DNA of 64,000 bases from Crocinitomicaceae bacterium (GCA_024643555.1 JAHEMQ010000005.1:30453-94452), one strand, 5' to 3'. Shown: positions 28,477-37,627, numbered from the stretch's first letter. A program made the numbers and translations. Notes: generated from the letters alone by a model not told the origin.

Positions 28477-29161
28477 CTGAAATTTCAAACTTGAATCCAA
28501 CCCCATGGACATTGGTAATTTGAATAGTAGGATCCTCTTTCAGGTATTTGCGAAGTTTGGTAATGAACACATCTAAACTTCTTCCAACAAAGTAATCATC
28601 TTGTCCCCAAACAGAATTCAAAATCACATCTCTAGCAATGAGTTGATTTTTAAATCTAAAAAGTGTGCGCAAAATCATGGCTTCCTTTTTCGTCAAGGTT
28701 TGTTTGGTCGAGGGGGAGTTTAACGTAAAGTTTTCAATATCAAAGGAGAAAATCCCAAGTTTAATGACTTTTTCTTCAGGTTGAATGATTTGAACTTTAA
28801 CGCGTTTTAACAATGCCCTCACACGCAGTTGAAGTTCTTCGATGCTAAATGGCTTTGTCAAGTAATCGTCACCTCCCGCATTGAATCCTTCAATTTTATC
28901 TTCAGTCATGGATTTTGCAGATAGAAAAAGGATGGGAATATCCGCATTCACTTTTCGAATGTCTCTTGCTAAGGTAAATCCATCTTTCACCGGAAGCATC
29001 ACGTCAAAAATACATAGATGGTAGGGTTCCTCGTTAAATCGACGCAGACCTTCCGCACCATTTTCACAAAGCGTTACAGCGTATGCATCTGAGCGCAGCT
29101 GATCAGAAATAACGATTCCTAGATTGATATCGTCTTCTACAATGAGGATTTTAATTTTCAT
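28466..29161 (-). CDS. OmpR/PhoB-family response regulator
   Basis: Receiver domain (ILIVEDD, acceptor Asp in FDVMLP, KP motif) plus a winged-helix output domain (GVGFKF). Confidence 0.9.
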   Translation of the reverse strand: MKIKILIVEDDINLGIVISDQLRSDAYAVTLCENGAEGLRRFNEEPYHLCIFDVMLPVKDGFTLARDIRKVNADIPILFLSAKSMTEDKIEGFNAGGDDYLTKPFSIEELQLRVRALLKRVKVQIIQPEEKVIKLGIFSFDIENFTLNSPSTKQTLTKKEAMILRTLFRFKNQLIARDVILNSVWGQDDYFVGRSLDVFITKLRKYLKEDPTIQITNVHGVGFKFEISDDE

Positions 29162-29181
29162 GGAAACGTCTTAAAAAGCCA

Positions 29182-29206
29182 AGAGCCTTGGATGATCCAA
29201 AGCTCT
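29182..29206 (-). promoter_or_regulatory. 10-bp stem-loop in the predicted 5' leader of the response regulator gene
   Basis: The minus strand reads AGAGCTTTGG-ATCAT-CCAAGGCTCT (one G-U pair), followed by TGGCTTTTT. Confidence 0.35.
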
Positions 29207-29238
29207 CAACTATTAACCTAAACCTACTACTAGTCCGA

Positions 29239-29246
29239 CAAAGATA
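29239..29246 (-). promoter_or_regulatory. -7 promoter box TATCTTTG, 77 nt upstream of the minus-strand response regulator
   Basis: Perfect TAnnTTTG on the minus strand. Confidence 0.4.
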
Positions 29247-29343
29247 ATTGAATTTCACCTTCTTTGTTACATAACATATGTTAATTTTTTCCTAAAAAAA
29301 TAAAATCATAAACTTTTGCAATTTAATCCTGCCTTGGATAGCG

Positions 29344-29351
29344 TATATTTG
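29344..29351 (+). promoter_or_regulatory. -7 promoter box TATATTTG, 19 nt upstream of the plus-strand response regulator
   Basis: Perfect TAnnTTTG. Confidence 0.45.
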
Positions 29352-29370
29352 ATGAATAAATCAAGAAGAT

Positions 29371-30036
29371 ATGGCTTTCATTTTTGTAGTCGATGACGAA
29401 GAAGACATTCGAGAATTGCTAAAATACAATTTGATTCAAGATGGACATCGTGTTTCCACCTTTGAGAATGGCAGTTTATGTTTGGCTGCAATTCAATTGG
29501 AAAAACCGGACTTAATTATCTTAGACGTGATGATGCCAAGTATGGATGGTATTGAAGTGTGTGAAGCTCTAAAAAACAATCCAGAGAACCAAGATATCCT
29601 TATCTGTTTTTTAACCGCACGAAGCGAAGACTATAGTCAAATTGCAGGATTAGAGGCTGGGGGAGACGATTATATTTCGAAGCCAATCAAACCGAAAGTT
29701 TTGTTGAGTCGTATTCACGCGCTTCTCAGAAGAAAAGTGAAAATGGAGGTCAAAGAGGTAATCTCGCAGGAATTGAAAATTAATCGAGAAAAATATTTAG
29801 TGGAGAAAGATGGAGTTACCATTCAATTGCCAAGAAAAGAATTTGAGTTATTAGCTCTTTTAGCTTCACGTCCTGATTTTGTTTTTAAGCGAGAAGTGAT
29901 CCTCGAACAAGTATGGGGAACAGACATCGTTGTGGGTGACCGAACAATTGACGTACATATTCGAAAATTGCGTGAGAAAATCGGGGACCAATACATTTCT
30001 ACGGTCAAAGGTATCGGATATAAATTGAACCGTTAG
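29371..30036 (+). CDS. OmpR/PhoB-family response regulator
   Basis: Receiver domain (FVVDDEED, acceptor Asp in LDVMMP, SKP) plus a winged helix (DVHIRKLREK, GIGYKL). Confidence 0.9.
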   Translation: MAFIFVVDDEEDIRELLKYNLIQDGHRVSTFENGSLCLAAIQLEKPDLIILDVMMPSMDGIEVCEALKNNPENQDILICFLTARSEDYSQIAGLEAGGDDYISKPIKPKVLLSRIHALLRRKVKMEVKEVISQELKINREKYLVEKDGVTIQLPRKEFELLALLASRPDFVFKREVILEQVWGTDIVVGDRTIDVHIRKLREKIGDQYISTVKGIGYKLNR

Positions 30037-30075
30037 TTTGGTGCAATCTTTGCTAAGTCAAAAAAAATCAATGTT

Positions 30076-31656
30076 ATGAAATATACGTACTTCCTTCTTT
30101 TTACGCTGGTTTTGAATGCCTCTCAGGCCCAGACATTCAACGAGCAATTTACTCCTCTTCGAGAAAAATTGGAAAAATGGGATCCTATCAGAGGGGCTTG
30201 GCTAGCGCTATCTATGATCGCACTTTCAGAGCACAAAGCAATTCCGGATCGTACGTTCCCCGAGGATTTCACTCCATATGAAATGTTGACCATGGTCCCA
30301 ATGTCGGATCGCAGAGATATGCAAGAAATGATCCATCAAAATCGTTTGCCGAGTGGTAATTTTGCAAATAGCCAATGGACCTTAATTGACGTGCTGTTTG
30401 CACACTCTCTTTGTAATCAAATTGTTGGTCGTAGTTTTGGGGATCCACATTTAAAGTCTTTCGACGAAGCAACCTATTCTTTTCAAACAGTTGGAGAGTT
30501 TGTTTTATCCAAATCTGAAAAAAGTCAGTTTGAGGTTCAAACTCGTCAACAACCCCAATCCGATAATTTTTCTTTGAATGCTGCTGTGGCGATGAATGTT
30601 GCCGGTGACCGCGTTTGTTATTATGCCAGTACAAAGCCAGACAACTTGAATTCCAACTTGCGTTTGAATGGTATGCCGGTTCAATTACAAGGAAGAACTT
30701 ACTTTTTACCAAATGGTGGGGTGATTCGCTTTGAAGGACGAAATTACACGGTGGCATGGCCAACAGGTGAAATGGTTATTTTTGACGTGCGATCATCAAG
30801 CGAATTTGGTTTTGTAAATACCACGGTTCATGTATTCGCCTGTGACGCAGGTAGTTTTCAGGGGCTTCTAGGAAATGCGAATGGAATTGCAGACGACGAC
30901 TTTCAGGGTCGAAACATGGATCGTCAACGTCCGACATACATGGCTTTTTCAACTTTTGGAAATTCATCATTACAACAAGCCTCTAACCTAGCTGAGAAAG
31001 AATATTTAGCATTTTTAGCAAAAGACTTCGCTGAGGATTGGCGCGTTACTCCTCAAACAACCTTGTTTGATTATGCCCCAGGAACATCCACTGAATATTA
31101 CACAGACCGACGATTCCCCAAAGTACATTTAACGGTGGCTGACATGAATCAAACGCAACGGGATAATGCAAGAGCACGTTGTCAAGCCATGGGAATCTCT
31201 GCTGATGAAATGGGAGGATGTATTTTTGACCAGGGCTATTTAAATATTGGTCCCAATCAAGTTCCAGTGCCGTCTAAACCAATCCCAACTCAAACGGTTT
31301 TAGGCACCATCAATAAACCCGCCTTGCATACGAATCAATTTGTTTTCCCTGAGGAGAACTTGGCGCCATCAGGAGCAAGTAATCCGCTGCCTATCCAACA
31401 ACAAAAACCTTCTATGAATCGTGAGGAGAATCCTTCTAATTCAAAACCAGATACAGAACCAAGTCGATTTAATTCAACACCTGAAAATCCAGTGAGTAGA
31501 CCGGCCACTCATGTTCCATCTGTTCATGTGAATCCAGTAAATCCTGTCCGGCCAGCTTCTCCTGCTCCAGTACCATCCAAGCCAGCGCATACACCAGTAC
31601 CGAGTAGTCCGACTGTTAAACCAAGTATTCCATCGGTTAAGTCTGGGAAAGGATAA
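30076..31656 (+). CDS. secreted von Willebrand factor type D (VWD)-like domain protein with a proline-rich C-terminal tail
   Basis: Signal peptide, GDPHLKSFD...YSFQ..GEFVL VWD signature, and a P/S/V-rich low-complexity region over the last ~125 aa. Confidence 0.7.
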   Translation: MKYTYFLLFTLVLNASQAQTFNEQFTPLREKLEKWDPIRGAWLALSMIALSEHKAIPDRTFPEDFTPYEMLTMVPMSDRRDMQEMIHQNRLPSGNFANSQWTLIDVLFAHSLCNQIVGRSFGDPHLKSFDEATYSFQTVGEFVLSKSEKSQFEVQTRQQPQSDNFSLNAAVAMNVAGDRVCYYASTKPDNLNSNLRLNGMPVQLQGRTYFLPNGGVIRFEGRNYTVAWPTGEMVIFDVRSSSEFGFVNTTVHVFACDAGSFQGLLGNANGIADDDFQGRNMDRQRPTYMAFSTFGNSSLQQASNLAEKEYLAFLAKDFAEDWRVTPQTTLFDYAPGTSTEYYTDRRFPKVHLTVADMNQTQRDNARARCQAMGISADEMGGCIFDQGYLNIGPNQVPVPSKPIPTQTVLGTINKPALHTNQFVFPEENLAPSGASNPLPIQQQKPSMNREENPSNSKPDTEPSRFNSTPENPVSRPATHVPSVHVNPVNPVRPASPAPVPSKPAHTPVPSSPTVKPSIPSVKSGKG

Positions 31657-31671
31657 CGAACATATAACGAC

Positions 31672-31701
31672 AAAAGGACCTCAAATCAGGTCCTTTTTTT
31701 T
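31672..31701 (+). terminator. intrinsic terminator after the VWD gene
   Basis: AAAAGGACC-loop-GGTCCTTTT hairpin followed by T8. Confidence 0.75.
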
Positions 31702-31745
31702 ATGTCTAATTTTTTGTGCTACGATGCTCCGTAAATCGATGGAAC

Positions 31746-31774
31746 AAAAAAAGGGCAGGAATTTCTTCCCGCCC
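31746..31774 (-). terminator. intrinsic terminator after the SprB-repeat gene
   Basis: The minus strand shows a 9-bp stem GGGCGGGAA/TTCCTGCCC with a GAAA tetraloop, followed by T7. Confidence 0.75.
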
Positions 31775-31797
31775 CTTCTTGATAAGAGTTTACCCGA

Positions 31798-33177
31798 TTA
31801 TTTGATTACTCGGTATGTAAACGCATCTTGAGTATTTTTCAATTGAACGATGTAAGTCCCGTTTGCGATGGATGACAGATCAATCGTTGCATTCGTTGAT
31901 GTTACTTGTCCGCTCATTAGTATTTTACCATCCATGTTCGTAACCGTATAATCGAAAGCAGATGTTAGGTTTCCAATGGTCAAAACTGTTTGAACTGGAT
32001 TCGGATAAACGATCATTTGTGCTGCTTTATTGTCTTCTATTCCAGCTTCTGCTAAATTAAACACTGAAATAATGTTGTAATAAACCGGTTGAGATTTAAT
32101 AGGACAGTACAATTGTAAAATCAAGTTATAAAATCCAGTCGTTCCAAATGGTACAGAATAGGTGTAGTTCACATACATGTAATTCCCGTTTGTATCCACC
32201 AAATACCAAGTGGTATATAAAGAATCCTGGGTAAACATCGAATTTCCAAAACTTGCGGAAACCATGTAGGCTGTGTCTAAAGCACCTAGATCGATGGTGC
32301 AATTGTACATCCAACCGGAAGACATAGTACCAATCACATTTGCCCCACTTGCTAAATTTCCAATCACCGTAACAGAATCGATGTTAGTTGATGAATTTCC
32401 AATGGTACAAGAACTTGTGAAGGTACATTGATTGTTATCGTAAACTGTTACTGTATAGGTGCCAACGCACAAATTACTGATGTTTTGTGAAGTTGCTCCG
32501 TTAGACCATTGAATCGTGAATGGGTTCGTCCCTCCTATGATGTTTAAGGCAGCAGTTCCATCACATGCACTAGCTCCTGTAGCGTTAGTACTCGTGATAT
32601 TACCAGTAAAACCAAAACATGGATTCAAAGCATTTGAGTCAACAACAACGTTCGCACTTCCAGTATTTGAACAACCATTCGCATCAATCACAGTAACTGA
32701 ATACGTTCCGATACATAGGTTCGATAAAGTATTTGTAGTGAATACTCCTCCCATGTTGGGCCATTGATACGTGTACGGTGCAGATCCACCAACCGCGGTT
32801 ACAGACACGGATCCGTTGCACACATTCGCTGCGGAAGTGGGTGTACTCGAAGTGAAAATTTGGAATCCTGCACATGGATTCGGAACATTTGTTCCAATCG
32901 TGAATTGGGAAGTGGAAGTGAATCCTCCCCCCATGAAGATTAAGCTATATTGACCAGCGCAAAGATTGGAAATCATGTACCCGCCATTTTGAATAATGGT
33001 ATTTCCTTGCATCCATGTGAGGCTTGCTGCTGTGACAAGGTTGTTGGTATCTACAATAGCAGATCCGTCGCACATACCAGGTGCACTAACATTAGTAACG
33101 TTAACAATTATCTGTGATTTTGCCTCGAACGAGAACAAAGAAGTCAGGATTAAACTGAAAAATAAGATTCTTTTCAT
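31798..33177 (-). CDS. SprB-repeat cell-surface protein with a T9SS type A C-terminal sorting domain
   Basis: Signal peptide, three Cys-containing repeats of about 75 aa (CDGSA / CNGSVSV..GGSAPYTYQW / CDGTAAL..GGTNPFTIQW) and a C-terminal VYPNPV...GTYIVQL...RVIK tail. Confidence 0.75.
   Translation of the reverse strand: MKRILFFSLILTSLFSFEAKSQIIVNVTNVSAPGMCDGSAIVDTNNLVTAASLTWMQGNTIIQNGGYMISNLCAGQYSLIFMGGGFTSTSQFTIGTNVPNPCAGFQIFTSSTPTSAANVCNGSVSVTAVGGSAPYTYQWPNMGGVFTTNTLSNLCIGTYSVTVIDANGCSNTGSANVVVDSNALNPCFGFTGNITSTNATGASACDGTAALNIIGGTNPFTIQWSNGATSQNISNLCVGTYTVTVYDNNQCTFTSSCTIGNSSTNIDSVTVIGNLASGANVIGTMSSGWMYNCTIDLGALDTAYMVSASFGNSMFTQDSLYTTWYLVDTNGNYMYVNYTYSVPFGTTGFYNLILQLYCPIKSQPVYYNIISVFNLAEAGIEDNKAAQMIVYPNPVQTVLTIGNLTSAFDYTVTNMDGKILMSGQVTSTNATIDLSSIANGTYIVQLKNTQDAFTYRVIK
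32397..33099 (-). repeat. three tandem SprB-type repeats (protein-level repeats)
   Basis: Recurrent C-x-G-s-a...GG..P(Y/F)T(Y/I)QW...NLC.G.Y.V.V pattern in the translated product. Confidence 0.6.
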
Positions 33178-33243
33178 ATGAAAATTTTTTGCTTAGACGT
33201 ACCGAAGTTACGAAAGGTTGCTTTATAATCCTTGTGTATTGCT

Positions 33244-33251
33244 TAATTTTG
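33244..33251 (+). promoter_or_regulatory. -7 promoter box TAATTTTG, 4 nt before the phosphatase ATG (leaderless geometry)
   Basis: TAATTTTG-AATC-ATG. Confidence 0.45.
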
Positions 33252-33255
33252 AATC

Positions 33256-34893
33256 ATGAAAAACTTAGCACTGAGTATTTTACTTTTCTTGAGCTTTATG
33301 CAGGGGACACTTCTCGCACAAAAGCAACCCAAATTAATCGTTGGAATCGTCGTCGATCAAATGTGTTACGATTACCTCTACCGTTACCAACAGCACTTTT
33401 CTGCGGGTGGATTTAATCGTTTTTTGAAGAAAGGATTGAATTGCCGAAATACCTTGTATAATTACGTACCTACCTTTACTGGTCCCGGACATGCATCTAT
33501 TTACACGGGAACAACTCCATCGAATCATGGAATCGTAGCAAACGAATGGTACCAGCGCTCCACGAAAACATTTGTAAATTGTGTATCGGATAAAACAGTT
33601 CAAACTGTGGGAAGTACTTCCTCGGAAGGACAGGCTTCCCCACAAAATTTACGAACATATACTGTTACGGATCAATTGAAATTAGCTTCTCCTAAGTCAA
33701 AAGTTATTTCCGTTTCCATTAAAGATCGCAGTTCTATTTTACCAGGCGGACATTTAAGCGATGGGTCTTACTGGTACGATTATTCCAGTGGGAAATTCAT
33801 AACTAGTACTTATTTCAGGAAAGAACTTCCGAAGTGGTTGCAATCGTTTAATGAAACAAAAAATGCAGATCGATACTTGAAGACTTGGGATTTATTACAA
33901 CCAAAATCCACCTATACATCCGTTGACGAAAGTCCGTATGAAGTGATTTTAAGCGGAAAAACATCCGCAACTTTTCCATATGATTTCAAAGAGATGTCTA
34001 AAGTGTCGAACAACGCGAATCAACTATTTACACTTTCTCCCTTTGCAAATGAACTGCTAACGGACCTTGCCATGGAAGCTATGAACAGCGAACAATTGGG
34101 GGCCGATGATCGAACCGACATGTTGTGTATTTCTTATTCCACACCTGACATTGCGGGTCATGCCTTTGGACCGTATTCCTTGGAGATGGAAGACATGTAT
34201 GCACGTTTGGATAAGCAAATCGAGCGTTTGCTTTCGCATTTAGAGTCGATGTACGGAAAAGATGGATTTGTGGTGTTCTTGACAGCAGATCATGCCGTTG
34301 TACCGGTTCCTCAAATGTTGGTAGATCGTCAAATGCCAGGTGGTTATTTGTTTTTAAACGAACGCATGGCAAACTTGAGAAAAGAGGTTTCTACGCGCTT
34401 TGGTGCAGATCTCATCGAAGCAGAAGAGAATCAAAATATTTACTTGAATCAGTCAAGAATGGACTCCTTAAAATTGAATAAGCAAGTAGTTGCTGATTTT
34501 ATTGCGGAACAAGTTCGTTTGTGGCCAGAGGTTAAGTTGGCCATTACACAAGCAGCACTTTTATCGGGACATGAAAGCTTGGATGAATGGGGACAGATGA
34601 TTCAAAAAGGCTTTGATTTGGAGCGAAGTGGAGAAGTGATTTTCATGTTGCATCCCGGTTATTTGTCAAAGGCGATGGATGAGCCGAAGGCACATACCGG
34701 AACATCTCACGGATCTGCATTTAATTACGATACACATGTTCCCTTGCTTTGGTATGGTGCCAATGTACCTGTTCAGAATTTGTACAGACCCATTCAAATA
34801 GTCGACGTCGCACCAACCTTGATTCACCTTATGAATTTGCAACGAACGGGTGCGATGACTGGCATGCCAATTCTTGAACTTTTAGATAAATAA
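33256..34893 (+). CDS. alkaline phosphatase / nucleotide pyrophosphatase-family enzyme (PafA-like)
   Basis: Signal peptide, IVVDQM...PTFTGPGHASIYTG (nucleophile Thr region) and a later DHA/HG metal-ligand region. The 545 aa length matches PafA-type enzymes of Bacteroidota. Confidence 0.7.
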   Translation: MKNLALSILLFLSFMQGTLLAQKQPKLIVGIVVDQMCYDYLYRYQQHFSAGGFNRFLKKGLNCRNTLYNYVPTFTGPGHASIYTGTTPSNHGIVANEWYQRSTKTFVNCVSDKTVQTVGSTSSEGQASPQNLRTYTVTDQLKLASPKSKVISVSIKDRSSILPGGHLSDGSYWYDYSSGKFITSTYFRKELPKWLQSFNETKNADRYLKTWDLLQPKSTYTSVDESPYEVILSGKTSATFPYDFKEMSKVSNNANQLFTLSPFANELLTDLAMEAMNSEQLGADDRTDMLCISYSTPDIAGHAFGPYSLEMEDMYARLDKQIERLLSHLESMYGKDGFVVFLTADHAVVPVPQMLVDRQMPGGYLFLNERMANLRKEVSTRFGADLIEAEENQNIYLNQSRMDSLKLNKQVVADFIAEQVRLWPEVKLAITQAALLSGHESLDEWGQMIQKGFDLERSGEVIFMLHPGYLSKAMDEPKAHTGTSHGSAFNYDTHVPLLWYGANVPVQNLYRPIQIVDVAPTLIHLMNLQRTGAMTGMPILELLDK

Positions 34894-34894
34894 A

Positions 34895-36088
34895 ATGACC
34901 GAACGCCAATTTTTCATCGATCACTTAGGACAAACCACGCCCTTTCCATTTTTGATTGAAGTGGAGCGTGCCGAGGGAAACTACATCTATGCCAAAGACG
35001 GAAAAGCATATTTGGATATGATAGCTGGTGTGGCCGTGAATAACATTGGTCACCGTCATCCGAAAGTGGTTTCCGCCTTGAAAAGTCAAATAGATCAGTA
35101 TTTACATGTCATGGTGTATGGTGAATTTATTCAAGATCCACAGCAATTATTGGTCAAGGAATTACTTGAAGTTTTACCCCAAAAATTGGATGGAGTTTAC
35201 GTTGTAAATTCAGGAACTGAAGCCATTGAAGCAGCGTTGAAATTAGCGAAAAGAGTAACGGGAAGAACAGAATTGATTTCCTTTCGGGGTTCCTATCATG
35301 GGAGTACGCATGGCTCTATGAGTGTTTCCGGGAATGAGGTAAAGAAATTGGCTTTTCGTCCGCTCTTACCGGGAGTTCAGTTTTTAAGTCACAATGAAGT
35401 CTCCGAGTTGCATCGGATTACCGAAAAAACAGCGGGTGTCATTTTGGAAACGGTTCAAGGAGATGCGGGCGTACGAAAACCGAGTGTAACGTTTATGAAA
35501 GCACTCCGTCAGAGATGTGATGAGGTTGGAGCCTTGTTGATTTTGGATGAAATTCAATGCGGAATGGGAAGGACTGGAAAAATGTTTGCCTTTGAACATT
35601 TTGAAATCGTTCCTGATATTTTGACACTTGGAAAAGCTTTGGGTGGCGGAATGCCCATTGGTGCATTGGTTTCCTCACAAGCGATGTTGAACGAATTTAC
35701 ACATGCACCCATGTTGGGACACATCACCACATTTGGTGGACACCCGGTGATTTGTGCAGCGGCGGCGGCGGCAGTACAGGTGTTGAAAACAGAAATATCA
35801 TGGTCGGAATTGGAAAAGAAAGCACAACGTTTCCAAGATCGATTTAAAGGACATCAGGAGATTAAGGAAATCAGAAGAGTGGGAATGATGTTTGCATTTG
35901 ACATGGAAAACGCTGAGCGAGTTGAGAAAGTAGTCGCGAAGTGCATGGAAAAAGGACTAATCACCTTTTGGTTTTTATCCCATCCCTACAGTTTTCGCCT
36001 ATCTCCACCGCTAAACATGGAGGAATCGGTGTTGATGCATGCTGCAGATGTAATTCTCGCAGCGATTGAAGAAACAGCAGGTAATTAG
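34895..36088 (+). CDS. class III (acetylornithine/GABA-type) pyridoxal-phosphate aminotransferase
   Basis: SGTEA, DEIQCGMGRTG and the LGKALGGG (PLP lysine) motifs. Confidence 0.85.
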   Translation: MTERQFFIDHLGQTTPFPFLIEVERAEGNYIYAKDGKAYLDMIAGVAVNNIGHRHPKVVSALKSQIDQYLHVMVYGEFIQDPQQLLVKELLEVLPQKLDGVYVVNSGTEAIEAALKLAKRVTGRTELISFRGSYHGSTHGSMSVSGNEVKKLAFRPLLPGVQFLSHNEVSELHRITEKTAGVILETVQGDAGVRKPSVTFMKALRQRCDEVGALLILDEIQCGMGRTGKMFAFEHFEIVPDILTLGKALGGGMPIGALVSSQAMLNEFTHAPMLGHITTFGGHPVICAAAAAAVQVLKTEISWSELEKKAQRFQDRFKGHQEIKEIRRVGMMFAFDMENAERVEKVVAKCMEKGLITFWFLSHPYSFRLSPPLNMEESVLMHAADVILAAIEETAGN

Positions 36089-36108
36089 TCCATCTCTCGA
36101 GAAAGACG

Positions 36109-36116
36109 TATTTTTG
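36109..36116 (+). promoter_or_regulatory. -7 promoter box TATTTTTG, 17 nt upstream of metF
   Basis: Perfect TAnnTTTG. Confidence 0.45.
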
Positions 36117-36133
36117 CAGACGCTAACTGAATT

Positions 36134-37084
36134 ATGAAAGTAACCGATCACATACACAACGCAAAAGACACTCTGTTTTCATTTGAAATCCTCCCTCCAT
36201 TAAAAGGAAAGAGCATTCAATCGATCTATGAAGGAATTGATCCTTTAATGGAATTCAAGCCAAAGTTTATCAATGTGACGTATCACCGGGAAGAGTTCAT
36301 TTACAAAGAACGCGAAAATGGACTTTTAGAAAAAATCGCGATACGAAAGCGTCCTGGGACCGTTGGTATTTGTGCGGCCATCATGAATAAATATGATGTC
36401 GATGCAATTCCACACTTAATTTGTGGTGGATTCAGCAAAGAAGAAACTGAAAATGCCTTGATTGATTTACAGTTTTTAGGAATTGACAATGTTTTGGCAT
36501 TAAGAGGGGATTCGATTAAAACAGAAAGCAATTTTCGTCCACACAAAGAAGGCCATGCGTTTGCAGTAGATTTGATTCATCAAATTAGCGATATGAATCG
36601 TGGCAATTACATGATGGATGACGTGCAGTTGGAACCAACGAATTTTTGTATTGGTGCAGCAGGATACCCTGAGAAACATTTTGAAGCCATGAATTTGGAA
36701 ACGGATTTATTGAATGTGAAGCGTAAAGTAGATGCTGGAGCTTCCTATATTGTAACGCAAATGTTCTTCGACAATTCTAAGTTCTTCCGTTTTGTTGAAG
36801 CTTGTCGTGCTATGGGAATTACCGTTCCAATTATTCCAGGAATTAAACCCATTAAAACATTGGCACACATTAGTTTCTTGCCAAAATTCTTCCACATTGA
36901 TTATCCAGTTGAACTATCTAACGAGCTTCTGAAATGCAAGGATAATAAGTCTGTGGAGCAAGTGGGAATCGAATGGGGAATCCAACAATCGAAGGAATTA
37001 AAAGCAAATGGTGCACCATGCATCCATTATTATACGATGTCTAATTCCACTTCTGTGCAAGAAATTGCGCGTGAAGTATTTTAA
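36134..37084 (+). CDS. metF: methylenetetrahydrofolate reductase
   Basis: FSFEILPP N-terminus and MTHFR fold conservation over 316 aa. Confidence 0.9.
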   Translation: MKVTDHIHNAKDTLFSFEILPPLKGKSIQSIYEGIDPLMEFKPKFINVTYHREEFIYKERENGLLEKIAIRKRPGTVGICAAIMNKYDVDAIPHLICGGFSKEETENALIDLQFLGIDNVLALRGDSIKTESNFRPHKEGHAFAVDLIHQISDMNRGNYMMDDVQLEPTNFCIGAAGYPEKHFEAMNLETDLLNVKRKVDAGASYIVTQMFFDNSKFFRFVEACRAMGITVPIIPGIKPIKTLAHISFLPKFFHIDYPVELSNELLKCKDNKSVEQVGIEWGIQQSKELKANGAPCIHYYTMSNSTSVQEIAREVF

Positions 37085-37090
37085 GAAAGC

Positions 37091-37627
37091 ATGATGAAAG
37101 CAGTTCTAATGATCTTTTTATTACTCGGTAGTTTATCCTTTGGTCAATCGATCAAGTTTAAGAACGCCGTCGTTGTAGCGCAGTTTGATAAATCAGAGGA
37201 TCGATATGCCATGGAATTAAATTATGCTGAAATTCTTCAGCAACATGGTTACAAAGCGATGCCCTCCTTTAATGTGTTGAAGCAAGGTGAACCCTTGATT
37301 AATCTAACGAATGACTCCATTGAGAACATCCTTAAAAACAAAGGAGTAGATGCGTATGCGGTTTTAACAGTACGTGGATATGACCGTCGTTTCAAACCTT
37401 CTGAAACGAAAATTACCTTGAAAGATATGATGGAAATGACGAGTATTTATCACATTTACCGTGATGAAGCAACCTCCGTCACATTCGAGTTCACGTTTTT
37501 TGATTTAAACGATCAATTGATTGGACGCAGTTTATTGAAATGTAGCAATGTCTCTGATCGAGATTCCGTCATGAAACGCTTTCGTAAAAAATTACCGAAG
37601 CTGATTGCCTCTGGTTGGAAATCTTAA
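37091..37627 (+). CDS. hypothetical secreted protein
   Basis: Signal peptide MMKAVLMIFLLLGSLSFGQ. No recognisable domain. Confidence 0.55.
   Translation: MMKAVLMIFLLLGSLSFGQSIKFKNAVVVAQFDKSEDRYAMELNYAEILQQHGYKAMPSFNVLKQGEPLINLTNDSIENILKNKGVDAYAVLTVRGYDRRFKPSETKITLKDMMEMTSIYHIYRDEATSVTFEFTFFDLNDQLIGRSLLKCSNVSDRDSVMKRFRKKLPKLIASGWKS

Noticed and set aside
29162-29370. The 209-bp divergent intergenic region as a possible small RNA or small peptide gene.
   Set aside because: It contains no ORF with a plausible start and no terminator-bounded unit. Two divergent promoters and a leader hairpin adequately explain its features.
30269-30763. A 164-aa antisense ORF inside the VWD gene, and similar long antisense ORFs at 58489-58896, 16993-17397, 44357-44797, 50082-50441, 6730-7234 and 45425-46174.
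   Set aside because: All are fully embedded opposite well-supported CDSs. They have no signal, motif or upstream promoter box, and their composition is typical of antisense frames in AT-rich genes. I treat them as non-coding.
33189-33416. A 75-aa ORF overlapping the 5' end of the PafA-like gene in another frame.
   Set aside because: It starts inside the promoter region and overlaps a strongly supported CDS. It has no recognisable features and is likely spurious.
35761-35772. A (GGC)4 trinucleotide repeat.
   Set aside because: It is short and in frame, encoding an Ala run inside a conserved aminotransferase segment. It is too short to be a credible contingency locus.
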